Of a stretch of 64,000 nt of DNA, positions 49,801 through 60,103 are shown in pieces. Source of the stretch: Klebsormidium nitens (lineage: Eukaryota > Plantae > Klebsormidiophyceae). The translations under genes and the position numbers were made by a program. Location of the stretch: NCBI GenBank assembly GCA_000708835.1, contig DF237036.1, positions 124,001-188,000 on the forward strand, written 5' to 3'. The notes below the pieces were generated by a model that saw nothing but the letters and a program-made list of their open reading frames with translations, was not told the DNA's origin and searched no databases. How positions within the stretch are numbered: the first letter of the stretch is position 1; every line of letters begins with the position of its first letter.

Positions 49801-50489
49801 CTGGCTTAGGAAAATTAGCAGCGGTTTTGAAGCATTAAAGAAAGGAGTAACTTGCGACATGCTCACGAGTAAGTTCATTTGGAAGTTTTAAGGTTCGTAG
49901 ATAAGAAATACCACCAAGAATAGAAAGTCTTCATGTCTCAGGCCTTCAGGCCTTAAAAGGTTTCAAGATTATAGGGTAATGAAGCAGCTTCTAGACTCCA
50001 GAAGAGGCAACGTGATTACAAGAGACTATGCTTTTTCTGGGTTTGTGCAAGATTGTTGGCTTAAGTCAGCCAATCCTACAAGCTTTTAAAGCCGCAGTGA
50101 GCTCACGTAAACACAAGCGTCACTCTTTTTGCATGGTCGGTTTGTCAACCAAACCAGAAGACCCAGAAATGGTGGTGTGGCACCATTGATTACCAGGAGG
50201 AGTGCATCTAGAAAAGCGAGGAGTGCATCTAGAAAAGCCAACACACTGAGGCACAACCTATTGACCAATGTGCTTATGTACCTTGAACCGAAGTCATGCG
50301 ACCAAACAGGAGACAAAACCCTCATCTGGAGATACTCTCTCCTCATGCTACCTTAGTACTTCCAGATTTGTACAGCTACCACCACTTGGTCCCCACCAAC
50401 TCGTTCTGTAAAACTTCTAGCAACTTTGCAATCTGCCTTCTAGTTGCCCCAGCTGCTGTCTGAAGGTGAGTCTGTCATCATTAAGTTGA

Positions 50490-51200
50490 CAGACTACTGC
50501 CTTACTTGCTAGTAAGATCAGCGCCCGCAACGGCGACCCATACTTCAAGAAGTCAATCGATGTTCATAAGACATTGTAGCAAACAGTGATATGGTGTGAC
50601 CGCATTACCAACATAGAATAGATTGGCGCACATAGATTCCCAGTTGTATATCCTGAAGCTCACTTAGTGCCCCAATTCAAGGCACAGCTAAGGTCTTCCT
50701 CTAAGCTTAACCTCTTCCAGGCGCCAGAGGTTGATCTTACCTCCAGTTGCCCATCCTAGATTGCATCTTGTCCCTTTACCCCTTCTTGCAATGTTGCCAC
50801 CTCAGTCATTCCAGCTGCCTAGCGGGTCCGAGATGACCTTGTGTGGCGCTACAAGCAGGTTGGTTTTCTGAAAGCTTGGGTCCCTTTCAATCTTCCACCT
50901 TCAAACGCGCCACACTCTTCAACTTCAGCTTCTGATCACTTCCCCATGGCGTTGCTGTCCTCCACAACTGCTCTCTCAGCTGAAACCCCATTGTGCGGCC
51001 TGTTTGTCCTTGCCGCAAGCGCGCTTTGTGAGAGGATCCCTAGAGGATCAGCAGAAGGAGCAGCGCGGAGAATCTTATGTGCTTTTCCCTAATCCTGCAA
51101 TCCCCGTGCTTGCTTTGGTAGCCTTTGTATCTTCAACCAGCACTGGTTCCTCCTCAGCTCGTTTTGTCAGCTTCAACTCTTGAAATCAGCGTTCATTCCA
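50490..51200 (-). pseudogene. Broken paralog of the 44330-45091 signal-peptide exon
   Basis: QSKHGDCRIREKHIRFSALLLLLIL matches RSKRCECRLAAPHRQCFSLLFLLIL. An 11-nt duplication AGAGGATCCCTAGAGGATC (51031-51049) shifts the frame inside the signal peptide. Confidence 0.7.
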
Positions 51201-51751
51201 CTTGCTCTAGCAGTTGAGGACTGAGAGCATCCCAAGGATGAGAACGACGACTGCTGTACGAGGAGGACAACTGTTCAAGGTGTGAAAATGCGAATGAGAA
51301 TGGGGTTGAAATGGAAGATGTCCTTCAAATTTCAAATTAGGGTTTCCTATTTTAAGGATTTTGTGTGTAACAAACAAGCCCACGGCCTGTCACGGCGTTA
51401 CAAAGTGAGCACTCCTGTGCAGCGCTCCCAGCTACGCTCACTCGGGAGTGCGCTTCTGCGTGTGGAGGCTTAGCGGTATACGCGGTGGGCTTACAGGTAG
51501 CCCACTGAAGATCTGGCTAGGGGTTCTTCTCCTTTTTTTTCGGTCTACCGTCCCCAATGGCGCACCACCTGACCACCTCGATCCCGGCCATTTCTGGAAC
51601 CTGTCTACCAGGACCCTACCGGTCTGCCTTTCAAAAGTGAGCAAGATGATCTTTCACAAGGAGCCTGGGACGTCTACCGTATTACTATTACAATTAGCAG
51701 AGTCTGCGAGTTCCGAGAGAAGTGCGGATTTGGCACCGAGCACACGTCAGG

Positions 51752-53185
51752 ATGGCGAGCAAGAAAGCGAAAGCAGGTGCCAGTGACATGGCGGACAACA
51801 TCTTTGACCGCCTGCCTGACAGCCTTGTGTTGAAAGTATTCTTCAAGCTTCCTCACATTGGGCATGTTCTGCGGGCCGCTTCGGTGTGTCGGCGATTCCG
51901 TGCTTTGGCCACCGAAAACGAGTATCTCGTGATCGACTTCAACAAACTTCCGAGGTCCGAAAGCCAGCAGAGCAGGAAGCGGCAAGACATGGCCGTTGGA
52001 CTCTTGCTCGCTCGTTGCGCACCAGGGGCGCCGAAGGACGTGACTATCATGGCGACAACGATGGGTTTCTTTTACCAGGAGAGCGTCCTCTTCTGGATTG
52101 CTGCGCTTAGCCCAAGCATCGAGTGCTTGCGGATAGAGGATGAAGAAAGCTTGGAGGACTTGGATTGCCGTTTGGAAGCCGCGTCTCATTGTCCTCGGCT
52201 CATCAGATTTGATCACGTCGGATCCAAGGGCTTTACCATGTCAACTTCGGTTGCTGTTAGATCCCGGGGAGGCTTCAAACGGCTTAAGTGTCTCCAACTT
52301 AGAAATCTCTCCACATCCGGTGATGCCATCAGTCAACTCGTGTCGCTCTGTCCCAGCCTCAAATGGCTTGAGCTTGAAGGACTCGGGGGTGTGGAGCAAC
52401 TTGAACTGACAAGTAGCACGGTCGAGTACGTCCGCTTGAATGTATCCAGCGAGTGGGGGGAGGACGTGGTCGGTTTCCAAGATGTACGGCTTGTGATGCC
52501 AGCCTTGAACAGTCTGACACTTGGGGACGTTGAGAACTCAGTCACCGTGCAGGATGCAACTCTGGAAGACCTCGAGCTTTTGAGTATTGCAAAGCACGCC
52601 GTCATAAACCTCGGGAGCAAAGCCAATTTGGTTAGCTTACAAATCCAGCTGAATTATTGGCCACCAAATGCTTATGTACGCGAGAGAACATATTCATTGA
52701 GCCGCTTCTTATCTATTCTTAAGCAATCAAAGCCAGGTTCGCTGAGAGTTCTGACAATGCCCTCACTAGACGACTCCGAGCAGCTTTCTTGGACAGACGC
52801 CCAAGATTTCTTTACGCATATCATTAGACTTCGGGTCTTCAGCTTTCCGGGCAGCTTTGCAGTGGCATGTGGATTTGGGGTCACATCGGGCGAGGGCATC
52901 AGTGAGCAGATTCGAGGGCTAGTGCAAGGGCTGAGCTTCAGGAATCTCTATGATTTCAGCTTCTATTTAGATGTAAGTATACCTGCTTGCTTTGAGCTTG
53001 CGGCAATAATAGCGAAGAGGAGCCCGATGTTGCAAACTTTCACTGTATTTGCAGACTCGGAGAGTGCTGGGTTTGAGCTGCCTGGGAGCTTCATCTCCCG
53101 GGTAATGGATTTCCAGCACTCCAATCCACAACTAAAGGTAGACATCAGGCTTCCCGATAGATTGAGAGGCCCGGACAATTGGTAA
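51752..53185 (+). CDS. F-box/LRR-repeat protein, intronless CDS (~477 aa)
   Basis: F-box IFDRLPDSLVLKVFFKLPHIGHVLRAASVCRRFRAL. LRR-like segments (LKCLQLRNL, LVSLCPSLKWLELEGL, MPALNSLTLG). Uninterrupted ORF. Confidence 0.9.
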   Translation: MASKKAKAGASDMADNIFDRLPDSLVLKVFFKLPHIGHVLRAASVCRRFRALATENEYLVIDFNKLPRSESQQSRKRQDMAVGLLLARCAPGAPKDVTIMATTMGFFYQESVLFWIAALSPSIECLRIEDEESLEDLDCRLEAASHCPRLIRFDHVGSKGFTMSTSVAVRSRGGFKRLKCLQLRNLSTSGDAISQLVSLCPSLKWLELEGLGGVEQLELTSSTVEYVRLNVSSEWGEDVVGFQDVRLVMPALNSLTLGDVENSVTVQDATLEDLELLSIAKHAVINLGSKANLVSLQIQLNYWPPNAYVRERTYSLSRFLSILKQSKPGSLRVLTMPSLDDSEQLSWTDAQDFFTHIIRLRVFSFPGSFAVACGFGVTSGEGISEQIRGLVQGLSFRNLYDFSFYLDVSIPACFELAAIIAKRSPMLQTFTVFADSESAGFELPGSFISRVMDFQHSNPQLKVDIRLPDRLRGPDNW

Positions 53186-54893
53186 GAATTCTGGACGATT
53201 AAGTTGGCAGATTGATTCACGCAGTGTTGTTAGATGCAGACAGATCATCTTGAACCTGGAATGGAATCCAATTATCACTTGATTGAATCCGAGTCAGTTG
53301 CCAAGCATCATACTCGTCAATTCGGGGCCGGGCATGCTGCGCAATCACTCTAATATCTGAGTATACGTATATTTTGCGACACCTCAATTTCCCAGGCTGC
53401 TGGCAGGAATACCACATGCGGGCCGGGCCCGCCGCCAGCTGCATGATGGCCGGCCGGCGGACGGTAAGTTTGTCGGACAATGTTAGACTCAATACATGGA
53501 ATCAACCGGCCCAATCAGTACGTGATCCATGGCCGCCTATAGCGACTGCGGTACCTATAACTTAACACACAGTCGTTAAATCGTTCAATGCACATGTGCT
53601 GGCTCAACGTACGTACCCCTAGCTGTATAGTTCTGTTGACACCCGCAGACCCCTGCAGCTGTAGCTAGTTCCGATGGTACCCGTACTAATCCCCGCTCCG
53701 CCAGCGCGGCCTAGATGCATGCACAAATTCTTTCTCGACTGCCTCTTCCTCTTGAAAACGTGAGCATGAGTTTACGAAAGGCTTTCGAGCCAAACAGTTA
53801 CTGATTAGCACGATCAAACTAGGACTCGAGTTCGCATTTCACAATACTGATATATAAGTTGCACAACTACCTAAGAGCTCATGCAGTAACTTGACCATGT
53901 TACGCTTTCGAGTCCAATCGAAGTGGCGCGGCAGCCTTGCATGGGCCATCCGCAATTTTGCAGATTGCCTTCTCTACGACACTAGTACTAGAATAGTAGA
54001 GGAGCTCGTCGCCCCTACATGAAGGTTCGGGCCCCTTGACACTGAATCCACTCATGTTACCTTGTATATTGTAACCTCTGATATGCCCAAAAGTATGCTG
54101 GGGCCGTTATCAGGGTCAGGTCTGCCTGAAAGGCTCGATGCCCTGTCTTCCTGCTAGCAATGCTTGCCACTTCACCTGTCAGAGAGCAGCTGGAGTCTTA
54201 TTGATCCCAAAGTAACGCGGATCCAACTACAGCAGAGCGGTAGCTACTACGGCTGCCAGCGACACAAGACAGCTGGCAGTCCAACCTGGGCTTATACTCT
54301 TTGCTCCGCTTCTCCTGGATGGCTGAGGGGCGCCAGGAACTGTCAGTGTGCCGCCTGCAAGTGTGAAGATACGCGGTTCGAAAAGGTTCACGCACCGAGG
54401 AGACTAACCAACATTCTTACAGCAGGCCCGCCCTCATGAACGCTTTCCAACGAGTCTCCTTAAAGCGGACTTTGTAATTGTCGCCAAAAGCGTCTTTCGG
54501 GACTTGAAGCGTCGAAAAAAGACAAGCGGCTGACCGACGCAAGAGATGACCGCTGCCCAATCAGCCTGCCAAAACGGACACTCCTAGAGACCGGCTGACG
54601 GGATCAGGGATGGACCTCAAGCTCATTGGCGAGTCATAATCGTCGACAAAAACTTTCCGCCAGTTCTTTCTCCAACGATAAGGAGCCAACAGAAGCCAAC
54701 CCAACTTGTAAACGGCAATGTGCTCATGATGCAACAGTTTTCATAGGTGGTTAGAACAGCACGTGTCTTGGAAGCGGGTTCGGAAGGCGCGCTCAAAACC
54801 TTCGTCGATCAGATTACATAGAAGACCGAAAAACAAGATCGGGGACTCGATTGAGGAGATACCCAAGACGGACAAGGGGATCTACGACTCCAT

Positions 54894-57800
54894 TCAAGAG
54901 CCATTGGTCGAGATGTTATCGTTCGGCAAGGTTGGATCAAAACGCGACCATTTTCCTTTGCGGTCTGTTTCAGACATACGGAACCCAAGCGGTGTGAAGC
55001 TTTCCACTTACTTGAAGAACTATCCAGAGCAGTGACCGGCGTCGCGACTGGGGCGGGCCAGTTGCTGAACAAAATCAATCATGATTGCTCGGGAAATAAG
55101 CAAAATATGCGCCCAAGGCAGGGCGACACAACAATTGTCGCTTACTTGAGGAACTGTTCTGTGTGACGACCGGCGTCGCGACCGGGGCGGGCCCGGGAGC
55201 CCCCGGGAAGACGAAGCCCGGGGGGATCATCACCGTGTTGATGCCGTGTAACGCACAGAGGGGCTGAACGAGTGCCAAGTCGGGCTCCGTTACGGCGCCA
55301 CTAGACCCGGGGGGCCCGACGAAGAGGGTGGACTGGTTCAAGGAGAAGACGGGGATAGGCAGGCCCTGTGAAAACGGATACAGTTCGGTAAGACTGACCG
55401 GGTCGGTGTGTTCGTGCCAAAGCCTGTCGCCTTCTTTGTTCCGTCGCCTCTGATACGAAGAGAGCAACGGCATCGGTTATACTTCAGTGTTATAAGGCAT
55501 GATTTTCTCGAACAGGTCACGGGAGACTAAGCAACTCGTGATCCTGGACTTTTCTTCAGTTAAAAGCGCAGCGTCTTCTGCTCCGACGCACTTGGATAAC
55601 TGCATCTGTGAAGCTGCGTGCACACTGACCTGTAGCTCTGACGACAGGCTGACGTTGCCCTTGCTCAGCAGCGACGCCGCGGGGTGGTACCCGTCTGCCA
55701 CGTGGTAGAGCAGTATTCGCTGCAGGACGTCCGAGCTGGCGCCGAGCTTGAGAAGCAGCGCGGGGGGAATGGCGTTGAAGGCGTCGTCCGTGGGGCCGAA
55801 GATTGTCACCGGAATGGTAAGAGTCCTGAGAAAAGGGGCGAACAATGAGATTAAAAAACGAGCAAGTGGTAGAATTTGAGAAGCAGCGCGGGGGGAATGG
55901 CGTTAAAAGCATCGTCCGTGGGGCCGAAAATCGTGACCGGAATGGTGAGAGTCCTGAGAAAAAGAGCGAAGAAAGAGGGTTAAAAACAACCAGTGCTAAG
56001 CATCGAAGCAGCGCTGGCGGACTGCCGTTGAAAGTTTCGTCGGTGGGGCCGATGTCTTCTTAAGATGGAAGGAGCGAGGAAGGCTGAAGAGAGAGCGAAC
56101 GCGACCGAAAGATTCGCGCCTTAATAGATCCTGGTAACAAGCTGCTACTTTGAAAGCAGGTCGGTAGGGCCAGTGATTGCGACTGTAGGCGCGAGCGTCG
56201 TGAAGGTTCTCAAAGGACGGAAAGGCACTTCAAAAAATTGGCTGGGCTCTGAACCGGCTTCAATAAGGCCGAAGTTTTGATGGACTGGTGAAAATCCCGA
56301 AGGAAAAGGCGACGGAGCTCCCAATGTCAGGGTCGGACAAAGAAACAGCAGAACTTGAGGTCTATAGGCGGACGATGCTGTTAGGAAACGACGAAGGGAC
56401 ACCTCGCTCCGGGAGAAAAGGGTTGAAGTACCATTGGTGGGGCCGAGTACTGTAGCGGAAAGAGCAATGATGACCTTAACGAAAAGAGGGAGCACGAGGG
56501 AATAAAGTTGAGATTTGGACGGGACAATGAAAGGAGGTTTCGAAGATGATAGCAACTTCCACGCGATCATAAGAAAAGAATGTTGGCAGCCCCCATAAAG
56601 ACTATACTGCCCCGCTTCTGGTCTTCCCAAGGGTTCAGCTCTTGGATGCAGAATGGGCAGGCAGGTCTGATGTAGGCGTTTAATTGCTTAGCCTAAGCAC
56701 CTGCTTTTGACCTTCAAGCGACCACATACTTGAAGCACTTCACAAGGAAACCTGACTTGGAAGTACAAAATAAGCACACCCCTGTTGCTTTTTGGCAGTA
56801 AAGCTACTAGAAGGGAAAGTTATTTTTGAATGCCAGACGCTTTACCAAGAAGAGACGCACCAAAGGTTGAACTTGGCCATACCTGATTGCTAAGTCCAAG
56901 CCGGTTGCTTGGAGAACCTGAACTAGCTGTCTGTAACGGCCAGTATTTACAGCTGTTTCTAGGATGGTGCTGCAAGGGAAAGCAGACGGCGCGGGGGCAG
57001 GCGCAGGGCCCGGTTGGGGGGCCGGCGCAGGCTCAGGGGCTGGCTGGGGGGCCGGTGCGGGGACAGGTACTGGAGCTGGGGCCGGGGCTGTGAACGCAGA
57101 TGGATAAATTGATAAATAAATATTTGAATGAATATATGGAGAGATTAACCAAAAACAAAGCAATAATGAAGCCTGACTTGATACCAACAGAAGGTCTTCA
57201 CAAGAACGATCTCTTGCTGATACTTCTTCTGGGAGGCCAACGCGGGCTGGGGTGCCGGCGCAGGAAGAGGCACTGGGGCTGGGGCTGTGGAACAATAATG
57301 TCTCAGAAAACTCTCTAAAATCTGGTTTGAGAAAGCTTGGAGTCGTGACGAGACTGACTGATTTGCTGGAAGAAGATTCCATCTGCTTATATCTCTATGC
57401 TTATATCTCTTTTGAAATGTACTCCTACCGGTTCTGACATCCTGACAGAGGAGAGACCTTGACTGGTGTTTTGCCATCGTGAAGAGTTCCATTGACAATT
57501 TTTTTGATACACTGGTGAAAAACTCTATGCTGAAAAGGTAATAAGGTCCATAGAAGCAGGTCGAGGGAGCCTACCGGGAAGCACAGGTCCCCCAAAGAGG
57601 GGCGGTGTGGTCGGCATGAGGCCTGAAGAAACCGGGATGGTGAAGGGAACGATGATGCCGTTGAAGCCATGTACAACGCAGTCAGCAGCAACGATAGTAT
57701 CCGGCGCGGTGATGGGGAAACTATCCACCTGCATGCGGCAGGCGAGCTGGTGAGCAGATTGTTCTGAATGCTCTCTTACATAGCACAGCCGTGAGTGCAC

Positions 57801-59131
57801 AAGGAGATTCTGAACCATGCTCTGACATCGGGTAAAGTGGACAGGTATGAAGTGGAAAGACAGGTGGAAAGAACTTGAAGGTCCTGTTCAAAAAGAAGTA
57901 GTAACACATTCAGAAGCTACTGTCAATCACGCTTTCAGGTTGCACCCTGCGCACAGGTGTTGGGGAGCAGTGGAGGTTCCTCTGATATTGTTTGCCACTT
58001 TTCTGTCATTGAGTCATCAAGCGCGCTTGTGCTAGTATCTTTCCAGACCCTTCACGTAACAGGCCTAGGCTCTGAAAACGGAATTTCCTGCTGGAAGCTG
58101 AACTGAACCCTTTTGAACTGCACGTCCAAAGCTCTGCCGTAGAATGAAGAATAATCAAGAAAATCAGGCATTGAAAACCCCAAATGCAATGATTTGAGAA
58201 TACATCACATCAGCCAACGTCCTTAAAATCCCTGTCATGCAAGCACGCACAGAGGGTGTCTATCAACAGGGCCCCTCCCTGATAGGCTTGTGTTTTTCAT
58301 GTGGTTTGCATAACATCACTCAGAAGATGACAAAACAGGAAACCCTGATGGGGCAATGGCCCAACTGAGGAGTGATGATCCTGGAAAGTATCATACAACA
58401 AAAAGGCCCGTAGCCAACAGCTTAGCTGACTCATATACTGAGTAAGTTGGAGATGCACATTTAGCAGAGCTGAATGCTGCCCTAAGCAATCAAGCAAGGG
58501 CGCCAGAACCACCATGAAACGGCCCTTTTTCCCATTTGAAGGACACTGTTTGCCCTCAGGATCAGCACCGACCCTTTGGACAAAGATTGAGCGTTCTCTT
58601 TGTTTGCAACTTTGGAAAGGAACTAGATGCTGCCCTGAGCAATGAGTGATGGGGCCCCAAACACAGATTCACGTAGAACAGGTGACTTAGACTCACCTGA
58701 AGGACACTAGTTGCTCTGAGAATGAGCAGAGGCTCCCCAGACAAAGAGATGAGCGTCTCGTTGTTTGTGAACCGGGCGGCCGGCAAGCTCCCTCCCACCG
58801 CGTGTGAGAAAAGGAGCCTTTGCAAAACGAGCGCGTTCGCCGGTGTCGTCAAAAACGTCGTTGCATTGGGAGACATACCGTCCCAGGCCCCATCTAGCGG
58901 GGCAAAGACGGTGATTCCACCACCGCTATTAGCGATAGCGTCCAGCAACCCTGGCGCAAGGCCTACTGAGCTGATGTAAGCGGCAAATTTGGAGAACTGG
59001 GAGGCTTGCGAGAGGGAGCGGAGGCACGGAGAGGAGCTGTTTGACAAGGATGACGACTGTGCGCAAGAGCGGGTGGCGAAGAAGAGGAGAAAGATAAGGA
59101 ACAGGGGCACAAGTCGCGTATGCCCCGCCAT
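54894..59131 (-). CDS. Fasciclin-like arabinogalactan protein with two FAS1 domains and a Pro/Ala linker
   Basis: Exons (-): 59131-58697, 57728-57575, 57087-56883, 55825-55630, 55365-55146 and a tentative last exon 54964-54894; all phase-compatible. Signal peptide LVPLFLIFLLFFATRSCA. H1 motifs ITVFAPLDGAW and VTIFGPTDDAF; LLFSHAV and ILLYHV; H2 motifs VVHGFNGII and ALHGINTVM; AP/PA glycomodule linker. Confidence 0.88.
55750..56470 (-). repeat. Acceptor echoes of fasciclin exon 4 (about 4 copies, graded divergence)
   Basis: The RTLTIPVTIFGPTDDAF-like unit has acceptors at 55826-28 (real), 55954-56 and 56084-86; fainter copies at ~56150-56215 (TLAPTVAITGPTD) and ~56410-56470 (SATVLGPTNG). Confidence 0.88.
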
Positions 59132-60103
59132 CAACACGGGAAAAGGAGCGAAGGCCTAGATCCAAAAGCTGACTATCGCATGCTTCTCAGAGCCAGAAGT
59201 GTAGTTTTGCCACTACTGGACCCTCTCGGAACTGACAACCTACTTTACGTTTAAGTTTACACATAAGAAAGTTTCTCAACAGCGGCTCCTTGCTGTCTGA
59301 TACAGCTTGTAAAGAGCAGGAGATGACTGCCGCTAGCTCCACTCAACTTAGACTTGCCGTCGCAAGCGCTCAATTCCTCAACACGGCATTGCTCCGTCAT
59401 AGATTTGACCAGCTTTCAACCATGGAGAAACTGCGAGCGCCCTGAATTTTAAATGAGGCGGCCACTCCACCCAGTGATGTCTGCAGAGCACTGCCTTACG
59501 TGAAGGCGCCTCCTGCTGGCTGTGATGTGATCCCTTGCTTACCTTGGTATGTACAATTTTCCGCAAGTGAAGAAAGGAGAGTGCCCCTGCCAGCTTTCAT
59601 GAATCATGATCAGTTCGTAGCTTGACTGCCAGCGTGGCAAACGTGCATGTTGACTTCGGCCCTAGGTTTGGGGTTTTGTGCGCACCCAGAACGGAACGGA
59701 AACGGAAAGATTTTGATCGTATGCCAGATTTTGGGCCTGCATATGCGATCTGAATGCCAAAGACCTAGAAGACTGTTGTCAAATCGCCCTTGGACTGCAG
59801 AGAGTCCCAAGCCGTCCCTATTACTGAACCGCTTATATCAGCGCTTATATGTCGCTTACCAAGTTTGACCAGAGTGGGTGAAGCGATCCGTGCTTTGATA
59901 ATTGCATGTAGGGTTTGCAAGCTGACAATAGAGGGCAATGCACCAGCTAGCTAGAGCTTCATACAGGCCATCTTTGTTTCACTGCTTGGAAGGAAGTTTT
60001 GGAGCTCCCAGGGCGCTGGCCATGCTCTGGAATGGCCAGGGGTCTCTCGAGGTTTGCAGATGTGACTCACGCGCCGCGCTCATTCAGGACAGGGCCCAGC
60101 CAG

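Larger units (their letters stand above)
44040..56100. repeat. Diverged tandem segmental duplication, unit ~6-6.5 kb (copy A ~44040-49800, copy B ~50490-56100)
   Basis: Collinear matches: GACAGACTA 44041/50490; GTGAGAGGATC 44977/51028; F-box starts 45798/51752; GGTCTGC.TGAAAGGCTC..TGC.TGTCTT.CTGCTAGCAATGCTTGCCACTTC ~48170/54120; fasciclin exon ~49100-49290/55630-55825. Confidence 0.9.
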
